Shown in pieces: positions 26,165-39,100 of a stretch of 64,000 bases of DNA (the first letter of the stretch is position 1; each line of letters opens with the position of its first letter). The translations under genes and the position numbers were made by a program. The stretch is from NCBI RefSeq assembly GCF_009834535.1, contig NC_045707.1:15996001-16060000 (forward strand), given 5' to 3'. The notes beneath the pieces are model-generated. The model had not been told where the DNA came from and did not search any database. It saw only the letters and a program-made list of their open reading frames with translations. The stretch is from Camelus ferus. Its lineage: Eukaryota.

Positions 26165-27663
26165 GTGAGTTTACAAGGGTCCGACTCCTTCCTTTTCTCC
26201 TAAGAGTTCTTCAGATTATCATGGGTAACGTTTTTATCTTGCTGTTTTAGCAGTTACTGGTCATTGTGTTTCGGTAGATCTTTTATATTATTTTAAATGG
26301 GATCCTAAGTTCAAAGTACAACTGTTGGCCAAGTATTTTCTTTTGCTAAAGTGACTTGCAAGCTAGCTAATATTTAAAAGAGCCAAAAGAAGAAAGAGAC
26401 TTTGTAGATCCACTGATACTTAAACATGAGGAGAAAATTTTAGGAAGACGTTAAGATTAATCCTGTATGGTAAAAATCAGGTCATTTTATCTAAAAATTG
26501 AAATTGGTTTCTTTTTAGATCTTTATCACGTACTTCATCCTGCCTCTTGCATGTAATAGGCATGAAATTCTATAATGAACAGAGAACCAGTACTTTTCCA
26601 TTTAGTTTTGCATCCCAGCTAAAGTGTTTATTTTTTAAATAACTTATTTTTTCCTTATGTATTTTTGAAGCAAGTTTATTTTTATTACTTCTTTTTTAAA
26701 AATAAGAATAGGTTCAACCTGGCTGTGAGATTTTGTACTAGTTTATTCAGGCAGATTCCTTTTTCCCTTCACAGGTGGTATACATTGTCCATAGACCTAA
26801 AGAGAGAATAATTTTAGAGGAAAAAATAGTTTTTATGTAAAGAATTGTACGGATTGACCTGAGTTTCCTTCTTCATTGCCCCTCTAAATGAGTTGTGTGT
26901 AAAACTGACATATCTATGCAAAATAAAATGATTTATCTTTTACTTTCTTCATAATCTAAAATAAGAATTTCTGAGGGTGGTTGGGGGGAAGGAGCAGGAA
27001 GAGGGGAAGAATAGGCTTTTCCCCCCAAAAATAGTCTTTAGCATTCATTTCAGAAGCTGTACATTAATCCCATCCATATAACCCTTAGAGAAAGCAGTCA
27101 GCTAGCCAAGTCTTTACATGTTTATGTAACATCTTTGAATATATTCATGTTTCACATAGTTAATTTCCATTTTATTATCTGTTTTTACTGAAATCAGTGG
27201 TATGGCATGCTCAGTCATTTGAGTCATACTTCTGCTTTGCATTTACTTCAAGTATCTAATACCATATATGTAAGTGGTTCTTCAGAAAAAGCTTAGAAAG
27301 AAGTAGTCTTCTGATTTTCAGTCCTGTGATTTAAAAAAAAATGGTTTCCTTCCCTTTATATCAGCAGCTCATATTATTTCTAAAGACACTCAGATTACTT
27401 CAGGAAAGAATTTGAAATATTTTATAGATCAGAGTGGGGTCCCGATGTTTTCTTTTGGCTTGAAGGTGGGGCTGGCTTTCGTAAACTGGTGTGACTGTAA
27501 AGCAGTCTTTATGGGAGAGGGCCTCTCTTTGTGTTGGGGTGATGCTTGTGTAATGCGTCATTTGCCAGTGGCCCTTACACTATTCAACGTGCTGATGGAC
27601 TGAGTGCCCTCCTGCTGAAGTAGGCGTATGTTTTTCTATGAGTATTTTCTTTTCTTTTCCCAG

Positions 27664-27755
27664 GAAAGTTGTGGAGCAGAAGTTTAAAGTTGGCCTACAC
27701 ACTGCTTAATAAACTGGGGACCAAGAATGAACCTGTATTAAAACCTGGAGACAGG
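27664..27755 (+). CDS. DIP2B: DIP2B exon ~9 (92 nt): (G)KLWSRSLKLAYTLLNKLGTKNEPVLKPGDR
   Basis: ttttcccag|GAAAGT ... GACAGG|gtaatt. Confidence 0.97.
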
Positions 27756-28096
27756 GTAATTGGTTTTTTTATTTTAGGGAGGTGATGCTATATTTTCTAA
27801 CATGCACATTCTGGATTTTTAATGTACAACAGCACAATTGATATAACTCTTACTCTTAAAAAATGAAAATGATTTGGTCCCAACCCAGGTTATAATTCTG
27901 GCATTCATAGTTTGAAGGATATTCACATGTCTCTTTTTGTAGCTCCAAATCAGTAAACTCTTCAGGTACTAATGAAAATAAAAAGAAACCTAAGTCTTTT
28001 TGGAGATAAATATTTCAGTAGACAACAAAAATAGTAATCAGGTTTATGCTTTGATTTTTTTTCCTTGAAAAATGCCCCATAAAACTTCTAAAACAA

Positions 28097-28268
28097 AGAT
28101 AAACTACAAGGTCCTACTGTATAGCACAGAGAACCGTTTTCAATATCCTGTAATAAATCATAATGGAAAAGACTCTGAAAAATAATATGTATGTATGTAT
28201 GTATACCTGAATCAGTTTGCTGTACACCTGAAACATTGTAAATCAACTATACTTCAATTAAAAAAAAC
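28097..28268 (+). mobile_element. 5'-truncated artiodactyl-type L1 3' end with target-site duplication
   Basis: caaggtcctactgtatagcacag...cattgtaaatcaactatacttcaattaaaaaaaa; flanks aaaacttctaaaacaa (28081-28096) and aaaactttttaaaacaa (28264-28280). Confidence 0.9.
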
Positions 28269-29617
28269 TTTTTAAAACAATTTTCTGGAGTTTTATGTAG
28301 AAATGGAGGGAGATTTAATTACTTCTAAGAAGAAACAAATTAGCATCATTAATTTCTTCTTTAATTGGAGGTGACATTAAATTTTTTCTAGTATTTAAAG
28401 ATTTTTTCCCTCTTTCTGAATATAATTACTTCTAATCATCAAACATGACTTTTCATTTGAGATTGTGGAATGAAACACCAACTACATCCACAACAGAATT
28501 CTTTTTAGTTAGGTTCATGATTACAGAATCTCCTAAACCAGCCTTTTAAAAATACTTTTGCATTGTGGCAAAAGGCATCTAAAGCATGGCTTTTACTTAT
28601 AAGTATGATACGTGAGTGTTTCCTAATCTTCACCTGAACCGTAAGAAGGTAGTTTTGTGTCTTCCTAACAACATGGACACTTGTGGGCAGGGAGAAAATG
28701 TGTTGTTTAAATGTCTTGTGGAGTTAGTAACTTTTAGAACTCTAGAAGGTTCAGAATTGAACTTATGTTGGGAGTGAGTTAAGAGAATTTGAAAGCAAAA
28801 GAAGGGAAAATAAGAATCCAAAGACATAAGTAAGTTTCACATGTTAATCTGTGACTATCCAAGTCAAGTATCAAATTCCACAATGATAGTGACTGTGTTT
28901 TTGCATTTCTTGGGTAAATTAGGAAGAGTCAGTTGTCCCTAGGGTGCATTACAGGTGAAATCACAAGTTTGAACATATTATGGAGGTTTCACTGTTTATC
29001 TTTTGTAAATGAATTGACTTTATATGCATAATAGTTTCTGCCAGTATTTGCCATTATTACACCTGTCACCAAATGCATTGTTGGTTAAGTGAGTGAGGAT
29101 TAATGCAGTGAATTTATTTATTAAAAAGTAAGAAACCTTAGATTTGCCCTAAGATGACAATTGAGTCAATCAGTGCTTCTCTGCTTGCTTCTCTGCAAGA
29201 GGAGATATAAGGCTTATTCTTTAATATGCTAGTCTGTCTAGAGAGATCTGTCACATTTATGTTATTGCTTAGCCTTGCACTAGAGTAAATTTTCTTAGAT
29301 TTCACAAGTAATTAACTTCTTACTTAAGGTCACTTGTTTACTGCTAAATTGCCAGTAGAATTAAGGAAAAAATTCTTATGGTGATGATGATGAATTGCAT
29401 TATAGTCCCCAAATTGTGTATGGTATAATCTTGGGAATGACAAGAGATCTTTTTAGATTTGTGCATCCTTCTCAAGAATTTAATTTTCTTTACTCTATTA
29501 AATAGCGTGATTTATTGTGTTCATGATAAATGTCGTAAACAAGTGTATTACTTAGTGATATTGAAAGCATTAGTCTGTTTCTATTCCTCTGTTATTGAAT
29601 GGCATTATACATTTTAG

Positions 29618-29728
29618 GTGGCCCTGGTTTACCCTAACAATGATCCAGTCATGTTTATGGTGGCTTTTTATGGATGTCTCCTGGCAGAAGTGATTCCAGT
29701 GCCTATAGAGGTACCTCTTACCAGAAAG
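29618..29728 (+). CDS. DIP2B: DIP2B exon ~10 (111 nt): VALVYPNNDPVMFMVAFYGCLLAEVIPVPIEVPLTRK
   Basis: cattttag|GTGGCC ... AGAAAG|gtaacg. Confidence 0.97.
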
Positions 29729-29825
29729 GTAACGCTGACTTTAAGAGAAACGCTGCCTGATGTGACATAGCGGGCATCGGGTTCTTGGATCAGTTAACTC
29801 AGTCACAACATAAGAATCAGTCTGG

Positions 29826-29917
29826 ATTGGGGATATAGCTCAATGACAGAGTGTGTACTTGGTGTGCATGAGGTCCTGGGTTCAATCCCCAGTGCCTCCA
29901 TTAAAGGGGGGAAAAAA
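29826..29917 (+). mobile_element. Vic-1-type SINE, short form, with 14-nt TSD
   Basis: ggggatatagctcaatgacagag...gggttcaatccccagtgcctcc; TSD aagaatcagtctgg / aagaaacattctgg. Confidence 0.9.
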
Positions 29918-31115
29918 AAGAAACATTCTGGCCATTTTCTTAAGTACTGAGCTTCACTTTCTAAACACATGAAAGTTGTAGAAAATTTATTTATTAATAT
30001 TTATGTTTCATGAAAATAATGCATTTTCAACTAAGGCAGAATTTTTATAGTATTATGTATCACTTAAAAATCTTGGGGACATACTTGTCAATGATTACCA
30101 GTTATAAAGAGTATATTCTTTCTTCAGAGTCTATAGGTAATCCACATTTACAATAAGTGAAACCTTTTTGTAAAGAGATTGCCCTTAAGTGTATCATAAC
30201 ATCTAGAATTTCCATGAAGTCAAAGGGCCATGCAGTGTCGTCATCTTACTATTCTGGGGATAGGATATCCTCTGACAACACGTCAGCCTTACTGAAATGA
30301 AGCATATGTAGCAAATTTCAAAGTTTAACTGAATGATTTCTTCATGAGCTATTTGACCCAATTTTTTCACACAGTTTATTATTGAGAATTGATGATGAAG
30401 ACAAATATGGTGGAGACTGTGGATTTACAAGAAAAAAATATTTTCTGTAAAGAATAAAAGACAAATTGGTGACATCCCTGAAACTCTGGTTGATGGGATA
30501 TAGTATCTTTAGCTTGGCCAGAAATCATAGGGTTCTTAAATTATTAAGATGGCAGTGCTTATGTGGCTTCATAATGACACTTTTAAAATGACATTTTAAT
30601 GGAAATGCTTTAGGCTGTTTCTTTTGGTCTTTTCTTTGCTGTTGTTGTAAGGCTTAAATCTACCTCCTTTAAAATAGAATAACATGGACTTGGGTATAAC
30701 CATGTCGTTGTAAATCTGGACATTTGATGTCCACTTACATTATTTATTTTGTTCTGACCCAAATTTCTTTGCTTTTGGAGATTTGAGGGTATTGCTCGGT
30801 CAAGACAACTTTAACCATGTTCACTTTTATTTCATTTGCCTGAGATTAATCTAAAAGAGGAGCATTGCTGGCCTTTGAATAAAATGGTCACATTTGGCTG
30901 GTGGAATTCATGATTAGCAGTGTCAGATTAATAAAATATTTGATTTGCACTCACAAAATCATTGTACTGTAGAATTTATTTAGAAGAACATATTGTCACT
31001 GGATTTTGACAGTTGCCAGATATCAGGGGGGTCCATGAATGTATGACACAAGTGCCAGAGCATTACTGAGTGTCAGGTTTTGGGCTTGGGGGTGCTCATT
31101 ATCTTTTCTCCACAG

Positions 31116-31239
31116 GATGNNNNNNNNNNNNNNNNNNNNNNNNNNNNNNNNNNNNNNNNNNNNNNNNNNNNNNNNNNNNNNNNNNNNNNNNNNNNNNNNN
31201 NNNNNNNNNNNNNNNNNNNNNNNNNNNNNNNNNNNNNNN
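31116..31239 (+). CDS. DIP2B: DIP2B exon ~11, mostly in N gap 31120-31259; only the acceptor and GATG are visible
   Basis: cttttctccacag|GATG matches the expected DA start. Flanking phases require a length of 1 mod 3. The end coordinate is inferred from the recalled 124-nt ortholog exon and is not seen. Confidence 0.75.
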
Positions 31240-31853
31240 NNNNNNNNNNNNNNNNNNNNAATTATGAGTTGAAAGTTAAAGCTGAGTGCTTTTAATTAGT
31301 GTTTTAATTTAATAATAGTTAAGTACTTAACATACGTTTTCTTATTNNNNNNNNNNNNNNNNNNNNNNNNNNNNNNNNNNNNNNNNNNNNNNNNNNNNNN
31401 NNNNNNNNNNNNNNNNNNNNNNNNNNNNNNNNNNNNNNNNNNNNNNNNNNNNNNNNNNNNNNNNNNNNNNNNNNNNNNAAATCTGATTCCACAGCCCACA
31501 CCCTTAACCTTTATGCTGATGGTTGGAAAAGCTNNNNNNNNNNNNNNNNNNNNNNNNNNNNNNNNNNNNNNNNNNNNNNNNNNNNNNNNNNNNNNNNNNN
31601 NNNNNNNNNNNNNNNNNNNNNNNNNNNNNNNNNNNNNNNNNNNNNNNNNNNNNNNNNNNNNNNNNACGATTGTGCTTTTGAAAGAAGGTATACTTGTCTG
31701 GTGTTTTATCACTGAACACTAATTAAAATAAAGTACTTTATTGATTGTAAAATGACCTTGATTTGGTCTCTTGATATTTAAAATGACCAGTTCATTGTGA
31801 ACTTCTTTCCTGATGGCTTAGGCAACTCAATTTTTATTTTGGGTTTGATTTAG

Positions 31854-31963
31854 GTTGGCCCCGGCTCAAATGGGTTGTAACAGATTCCAAGTACCTTTCA
31901 AAGCCACCTAAAGACTGGCAGCCCCACATCTCACCTGCTGGTACAGAACCAGCATACATTGAG
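31854..31963 (+). CDS. DIP2B: DIP2B exon ~12 (110 nt): (G)WPRLKWVVTDSKYLSKPPKDWQPHISPAGTEPAYIE
   Basis: gatttag|GTTGGC ... ATTGAG|gtaagt. Confidence 0.97.
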
Positions 31964-32454
31964 GTAAGTCTTGTGACTAGGATACACATTCTGGCTTTTC
32001 CTCTGGCCTCGATTGCTATCTCACAAAATATGAAACTAACTTTTTGCACTTTTAATGTCAGTAGATCCTCCTAGTTTATTAGATTTCCATCTTTTTGCTT
32101 GTAACATGCCTTACAATGGACCTTCTAATTATTTTTAACATAAATACACATTTAAGAGAAAGACAGCAGAGAAATTGATCTTTGCCATGTAAGAAAGTTA
32201 CAAAAGACTTAGAGAATTTCAGAGATTTAAAAAATAATTTACTGACATATTTCTCTGCTGCTTTGAGGGCAGAGGTTGAGGGGTGGTGCAGTGGGAAGCA
32301 AGAGACTGGAGAAATGAGAAGGGAAAATTGCTGTGCTTGTAAAAAAACAAATTTAGGAGATAAAAGAAAAAGAGCAAGAAAAAATGGATGGCTAGAGGGC
32401 TTGGTATGGAAGGTTAGTGCAGGAACTTGATTGATTGGTAGCATGATTCAGTTG

Positions 32455-32710
32455 AGAAATTAAGCTCTACTGCATACCAGGCAGCAGGCCAAGTGCTCTA
32501 AATGCATTATCTCACTCAGTCTTCGTAAGTACCCTGTGAAGTGGGGGCTTGTTATTAAACCTGCTTTGTAGATGAGGAATCTAAGGCTTAAACTAACTTG
32601 ACTCACCAATCAAAGGTTTGTCTAAAACCTTGACTCAAAAATGGCTGAGCTGGGAATCAGACTCACATCTGTAAACCTCTAGAAGCTATACCCTTGCCTA
32701 CTCTGCATGT
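32455..32710 (-). mobile_element. MIR SINE
   Basis: gtgctctaaatgcattatctcactcag...gtagatgaggaatctaaggctt. Confidence 0.75.
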
Positions 32711-33199
32711 TGCTTGAGACATATTAGTAAATACTCACCAACTGTTTGCTAAATTAATGAGTAACATCAATAAAAAAATTTTTTAAGCCTTTGTGGAAAA
32801 AATCCACCCAACCTGGAGCCCTGTGGCGAAAACTTTGGCTATAAGAGGAAAGAAAGAAGGCAGTAGCTTTGAGAGGTTTGATGTTGGACGCAAGGAGGAG
32901 TACAGGCTATTGAAAAACCAAATTTAGTGATCAGCTCTCAACCCATATCCTCTCTCAGTGATGACATGGGTCAACACTTCATCCTCCTTAAAACTGCTCA
33001 CTGGCTTCCCTTCCCTTATTTCTCCTGCCTCACTGACCACTCCTTCTCAGTCTTCTTCACTGGTTCTTCCTGAAAGGTGAAGGGTCCTTCATTATGTGGT
33101 CCCTGCTTAGCTCTCTGGCCTCGTGTAGAACTACTGTCCTCTACATTTCCAGGCTTCTGCTAGTCTGAATTAACTTGCAGTTTTCACTTAGGACCCTCT

Positions 33200-33830
33200 T
33201 AATACCCAAAGAATATCGCTAGTGAGTGTCAAGTATCCTGTGGGTAATTGGGAGCTGTTAAAGGGTTATCAGCAGAAGAGAGAAGAATAAATATGTTGTT
33301 AAAAGACTTACCTGTTTGGTGGGGTTAAGAGGGGAAATGGGGAGCTTTTACAGTTATTCCAACTCATGGTGATGGGGATGGGGAGAAGTGGATGCAGTTG
33401 AGAGACAGTAAGGAAGCAGGAGAAGCAGAACTTAGTGACTGATTCTGGAGAGGGAGGAGGCTAGAAAGACAATCAGGTTTCTCACTTGGGCAACTGGGCA
33501 GACGATGGCGTCCTTCATTAAGACAGAAAATACAGCAAGAAGGGTTTTCCTGGGCAAGGGGTGGGGGTGAATAATTAACTGTTGGCTACACTGGGTTTCA
33601 CAGGACTGTAAGTTGTTTCGAGGAAACAGTTGACTCAGTGTGGATCTCTGGAGAGAGGTCTGGGTTGAAGATAAGAGAAGCAGGAGTCATCAGGAATGTG
33701 GTGTCCTGATTGAATAAAGTGAGAGAGAAGAGGAAGAACAGAGCTTTCAGGGAAAGCCAACATTCAAGGGATGGGCAGAGAAAGTGAAGGGTAGGAAGAG
33801 AATCAGAATATGAGTAGGAAAGAAGGGTAT
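33200..33830 (-). mobile_element. L2 fragments
   Basis: tcaggtttctcacttgggcaactgggcagacgatggcgtccttcattaagacag and ggatctctggagagaggtctggg resemble antisense L2. Confidence 0.65.
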
Positions 33831-33851
33831 CACAAAAGCCAAGAAAGGAGA

Positions 33852-33932
33852 GGTGGGAGGGTATAGCTCAAGTTGTAGAGCGCATGCTTAGCGTGCACAA
33901 GGTCCTGGGTTCAATCCCCAGTACCCCCCTCT

Positions 33933-33963
<31 letters not shown>

Positions 33964-33987
33964 TAATTATCTCCCCTGGCCCAAAAA
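33852..33987 (+). mobile_element. Vic-1-type SINE, long form, with 18-nt TSD
   Basis: gggagggtatagctcaagttgtagagcgcatgcttagcgtgcacaaggtcctgggttcaatcccc, (AAAT)n, acctaattatctcccc; TSD aaaagccaagaaaggaga (33834-33851) / aaaagccaaggaaggaga (33988-34005). Confidence 0.95.
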
Positions 33988-34580
33988 AAAAGCCAAGGAA
34001 GGAGAGAGTGTCAAGAAAGGAGGTATTACATGTTACAGAAAGGTCTGATAAGGTATGGAATATGTCCTTTTGACTTAACAATAAAAACGTGGTGGATCTT
34101 GGTGAAAAGCAACTTGAATGACACATCAAGTTAAAAGCAAAATCGTAGCTGATTGACTTGTAGGAGTGACTAGGCATTGCTTGGTGTCCTCTCCCAGCTG
34201 GGAGCTGCTGGTAGACTGGACCACAGCTTATGTACCTTTAGCTCTGCCCGCCGTGCTTGCTCTGCCCTTGATGCCGTGCTGTTAATGCAGCTTAGGTCAT
34301 TTGTTTGTTTTAGCTTCTTTAGCAGCCACTTCACACTGATGACTAATTAAGCTTTTAAGACACATACTTTTGTTGAGCTTTATCATTCCCCAGTCCTATC
34401 TTTGCGTGATTAGAGTCTGGGGCCCAAGTGCGTAGCCTCAGATACTTATATGAAACATGTTAAATTCAGCCCATTGTCATGGCTTTTCTGGGTTTCATTT
34501 TTTGGATTCTAGTTCTGTCATTTGAAATAACCCCTTTAATTGTTTCTTGTGTTTTTGTTTTTTGTGGTTTTTTTTTCTAG

Positions 34581-34683
34581 TATAAAACAAGCAAAGAAGG
34601 GAGCGTAATGGGAGTTACAGTATCCCGCCTTGCAATGTTGTCTCACTGCCAAGCTCTGTCCCAGGCCTGCAATTATTCTGAAG
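34581..34683 (+). CDS. DIP2B: DIP2B exon ~13 (103 nt): YKTSKEGSVMGVTVSRLAMLSHCQALSQACNYSE
   Basis: ttttttctag|TATAAA ... TCTGAAG|gtcaga. Confidence 0.97.
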
Positions 34684-35799
34684 GTCAGACTTCATCCTGT
34701 GACTGCCCACATTGTGAGCTCAGATATATGTGACTACGAGCAGTGCTCAGTGACTGGATTCCAGTTAATGACCACATTCAGAGGGAAATGTTCTAAGACA
34801 CATTCTTGGCTTGCTTTTGCTTTCTTCTTTTTCACAAATACACTGTAATTTAAAGGAACTAAAATTCTGGGCAAACCAAATATGTAAAGCATGATTTCTA
34901 GAGTGCAGAAATAGAAAACTAATTAAAAGCATGTGTTCATTAGCTGCAAAATGTCAGGTATCTCCATCTCCCTGTGTATGTAGAGCTGCCACCAGCTGTA
35001 TGTTTGGATTTAGAGTCAGAGTTTCTGCTACCAAAAAACACAAAGTCAGACACAAAAAGTATTCAGGATTGTTGGACTTTTAATGTGCTGATATGTATTG
35101 TGCAATGACTATATCCTTTAGAATGTTCTTCAGAATATTAATTTTTTTTAGTGTTTTATTTTCCTTTCATAGAATGGAACAAGTTAATACATGCTCATTA
35201 TAGAGCAGCATTCTTGTCTGGAAATGTCAGGAAAATGGTTGATTAAATTATAAATAAATTAATATACTCTGAGGCATTAAAACTTATGTTCTTGAATATT
35301 AAAGATTGTTTCAATATATCAAGTGGAAACAAATTATAGATACAGAGCAGTGTATGCCAATTTTGTTATGTCAGATATCTGTCTCTAAGTGTACTTAAAA
35401 GTATATGTACGTGTATGTAGATATTATATATATGTATACACACCAACATGCTTTATTTTCTCTAGGAAGTATAATTTTTTACATATGTTTGTGAAACTTC
35501 CAAAGTTTCTAAAATAAACATGTGTTCCTTATGTAATTAGGAAAAAAGTTACTATCTTTCGAAGACAGTGCCTAAGTCACGGAATTTCAGACTCATTGTT
35601 TCTTCTGTGACCACGTCACCCTGTGATCAGTTCCCCAGCCAATTTGTGGGGACCCTCAAGTAATCAGAAGACCCTGAGAGCTTTTAGTGATTTCTTTCAA
35701 AGTAGCAGTCAGTTGTTTAATAGAGGCAAGTGGTATAATTTTGCTATTTAACACTAAAGATGATTTCCTTGTGTTTTTTCCTGTTTTTTTCTATTTTAG

Positions 35800-35864
35800 G
35801 GGAAACAGTAGTAAATGTTTTAGACTTTAAGAAGGATGCTGGGCTGTGGCACGGCATGTTTGCG
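35800..35864 (+). CDS. DIP2B: DIP2B exon ~14 (65 nt): (G)ETVVNVLDFKKDAGLWHGMFA
   Basis: ctattttag|GGGAAA ... TTTGCG|gtaagc. Confidence 0.97.
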
Positions 35865-37269
35865 GTAAGCTGTACAGAATTAAGGCCTTTGGTGTAAATT
35901 GTGCTTACGATTCAAGTCGTTATGCATGCTGTGTAACCACAGCATCTCAGTGCTTGTTTGAAAGTTAAGCCCCTAAAAGATCAGTAATATTTTCCAGGGG
36001 AATTTGATTTTGTGATACAAATGGGATTTTTTTTTTTTTTTAAGGAGAATGTAATTCTGTTTTTTCCTTCATCGTGTGGTTGGGCATACCCTTCACATAA
36101 TAGTATGTAGTAGAACTTAGGATCAAAAAATTTAAAAACATCTGCTATGATGACGCAAAGCCTAAAAAAAATCTATGAATAATTATGTATTTATTTATGA
36201 TTTAAAAACATATGTTTGAGATTTACCCCTTCTCTTTTCTGAAGAAAAAATTACATAAATATGTTAGAACTTTACAGCTGTGGTGAATAATCCTTTCCAT
36301 TGGACAAAATGTCTTGAATGACCCCATGCCACCAGGAAAGAATAGAGTCACAGGGTAGTTCAGGCTGCTTTCCTGACAGAGGAACAGGTAACATGCCAAG
36401 GGAATTAGAGAAAGGTGAGTTCCTCCCACCTGTGGCCTCAGTTTTTATGGAAGAGGTGACAGTTGAGTTGGACTTTGAAAAATGGGTAAGATGTAGCCAT
36501 ATAGAGGTATTTGGGAGGTGGAAGTAGAGAGAGAGGGGACATATCAAGTGGGAAAAGCTACATATGTAGCATGGTGATTAGGAGAGAGAAGAGCTACAAG
36601 ACCCTAGAGTTGAAAAAGACCTTTGAGAGTAGCGCATCTAGCTTCCGTGCTCATCGCGGGAGTCTGAGAAAGACTGGGCGGTGAAGCATGGGGAGCACGA
36701 GGAGGATCCCCTTTCCCACAGGACCACTCAACTTAGTAAAAGTCTGATTCCTTGAGCACCCATACTTTCTAGCTTTTTTCTGAAGCCCTTCCTGTTTTGT
36801 TTTTTATCAGAAGTTAAAAAAAAAACAAACCCTTGTAAGGAGTTAGAATCTTCTCTCTGTGATCCACATAGCAAGACACGGACATGTGTGAAGCATGAGT
36901 TATAAATGCCATTCTTGAAGTCCAGAAGTTTGTCACCAACATTTGAATTTGAGGGAGGGAGGAGGAAAGAGGTTTGCAGTGGTATCTTGGTCTCTTTGGG
37001 CCACTTAGGTGTTTAATAAAATGGCCAGTCTAAATACCAAGACTTAGTCATTCTGTCCAGCTGGCTCTCCTTGGCGGACAGAGGTTCCTGGGTGTGTTTG
37101 GTTTGGGTGACAGGAGAGACACCGAATGACATGATCCCCTCAGGTTACTCCGCTTGATCTACCCAAACACCTAACAGGTCTGGGCAGGACCTCCTGTAAG
37201 CAACAGGGGCTCTTTCATTTCTGACTTTGTAAGACCCAGCCCTGTGTGGTATGTGACAAGCATGAACAT

Positions 37270-37810
37270 GATGTAGATTAGAGGGTAGCTTGGCAGTTGT
37301 CTGTTAAATTTAAAAAGCGCATATCCTATGACTCAGGAATACCACTTTTCGGTACCTACCCTGAGGAAACACTTGCACATGTGCCCAGGAAAATGAGTAT
37401 AAATATGTTCCTTGAAACATTGTTTGTAGTAGCAAAAAAAAAAATTGCAAGTAATAGGGAAATGCCTAAATAAGTTATGGATAGTCATTCTATGGAACAC
37501 TATGCAGCAGTTCAAAAATACTATGTAGCTCTCTTACACTGATGTGCATAGATTTAGCTTTAAAACAATTTTAAGTGAAAAACAGTAAGTTGCAGACATA
37601 CGTATAGTATGATGCCTTTTATGTTAAAAATACTTTTATGTTTCTATGGGGACAAATATATATGTAAATATATAGAAAAAGGACTGGGAAGGTCCATTCC
37701 AGATTCATAACAGTGATTGTCTACGAGGAAGAACGGAACCAGGTTTGAGAATAAGTAGCAAGGAAGGCTTCTACCTTATAGTTAATATTTCAGATTTTTT
37801 TCAAAGAGCA
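37270..37810 (+). mobile_element. Old L1 (L1ME-like) 3' fragment
   Basis: gcatatcctatgactcagg...ggaacactatgcagcagttcaaaa...aagttgcagacatacgtatagtatgatgcc. Confidence 0.7.
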
Positions 37811-37919
37811 TGTATGAAAGTATTTCATGATTAAAATTGTTAGCAAAATACCAGTTCAATCTTAAAATGCTAAGTATGTTTTAGGTATTGATTGCTTTTT
37901 ATCTTTCTTTGCTTTTCAG

Positions 37920-38013
37920 AATGTAATGAATAAGATGCATACAATTAGTGTACCTTACTCTGTTATGAAGACCTGTCCTCTATCTTGGGTCCAGAGAGTA
38001 CATGCCCACAAAG
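37920..38013 (+). CDS. DIP2B: DIP2B exon ~15 (94 nt): NVMNKMHTISVPYSVMKTCPLSWVQRVHAHK
   Basis: gcttttcag|AATGTA ... CACAAAG|gtagtt. Confidence 0.97.
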
Positions 38014-38497
38014 GTAGTTACACACAGCATCTGAGCTTTAATTATGTGACTGTTTGAACTAAGATCTTAGGGATTTTCAAATTACTCTTCTAGAAACATA
38101 ATTCTATGCCTTGGTGCCTTGACAGATTTTAGAGTTGAGGTACTATAGAATTAGATACGTTGTCTAGTTGATCTCACTTGGTGTCCCTTCTTAAAAATTG
38201 AGATGACTGCCTGAATCTGAGCCTCGAGTTAGATTTATTGGGGTCTTTGGTGTTCAGAGCCTCCTTGGCTGGGATGTGCGGCCTGCCTGCAGGTCACAGT
38301 TGGCAAACAGTTGTGTGTCCAGTCAGTAGCTGCTGCCTCAGAGCACCTGGCACCGTTTCTTTGAAACCTTTTTTATTTTCTCGAAGTGAAAATCTTGATT
38401 TCTAAAATAAGTAAAAATGTGTTTATTACAGTGTATTAAATATCTCCCTAGTGTGGTGTGTGTACGTGTGCTGACTTTATCCCTTTTGCATTTGTAG

Positions 38498-38617
38498 CCA
38501 AGGTAGCTTTAGTCAAATGCCGAGACTTGCACTGGGCGATGATGGCACATCGGGACCAAAGAGACGTGAGCTTGAGTTCCCTCCGGATGTTGATTGTGAC
38601 TGATGGAGCTAATCCCT
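38498..38617 (+). CDS. DIP2B: DIP2B exon ~16 (120 nt): (A)KVALVKCRDLHWAMMAHRDQRDVSLSSLRMLIVTDGANP
   Basis: catttgtag|CCAAGG ... AATCCCT|gtgagt. Confidence 0.97.
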
Positions 38618-38711
38618 GTGAGTGTTTCTAGAGTGTTGGTCTGAGAATACCGTTTCCTTGGTAGGCTGAAGTTTTCATCCCCTTTCTGTAAGCATTTTCT
38701 TAAACATCTGC

Positions 38712-39100
38712 ATTGAGAGATAATTCACATACCATAAAACTCACCCATTTGAAGTTTACAGTTCAGTGGTGTCAGTATATTCACAGAGTTCTACAACTGT
38801 CATCATTGTCCTAAGTTTAGAACTTCATCATCCCAAAAAGGAACCTTGTACCCATTTGTAGTTACTCCCAGTTTCTTCTCCTCTGTCCCCCAGCCCCAGG
38901 CTGTCTCTGCATATTTACCTGTTCTGGACACTTCATATTAATGCAGTCATACCCTATGTGACTAGCTCCTTTCACTTAGCATGTTTTCAAGGTCCGTCCA
39001 TGTTGCAACATGTGTTTGTATTTTATTCCTTTTTATTACCATATAATATTCCATGTGTAGATATACTACATTTTATGTAGTCATTCATCATTTGATGGAT
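38712..39100 (-). mobile_element. L1MB7/8-like 3' end
   Basis: attgagagataattcacataccataaaactcacccatttgaag...cttcatattaatgcagtcatac. Confidence 0.85.

Noticed and set aside
26766-26810. Strong-looking acceptor ttcccttcacag| in intron ~8; similar at ~18439 and ~1784
   Set aside because: An in-frame stop follows and I found no matching donor; typical decoy AG sites.
33852-33930. tRNA-Ala(AGC)-like sequences with A and B boxes (five copies)
   Set aside because: Imperfect acceptor stems, A-rich tails and TSDs identify them as SINEs, not tRNA genes.
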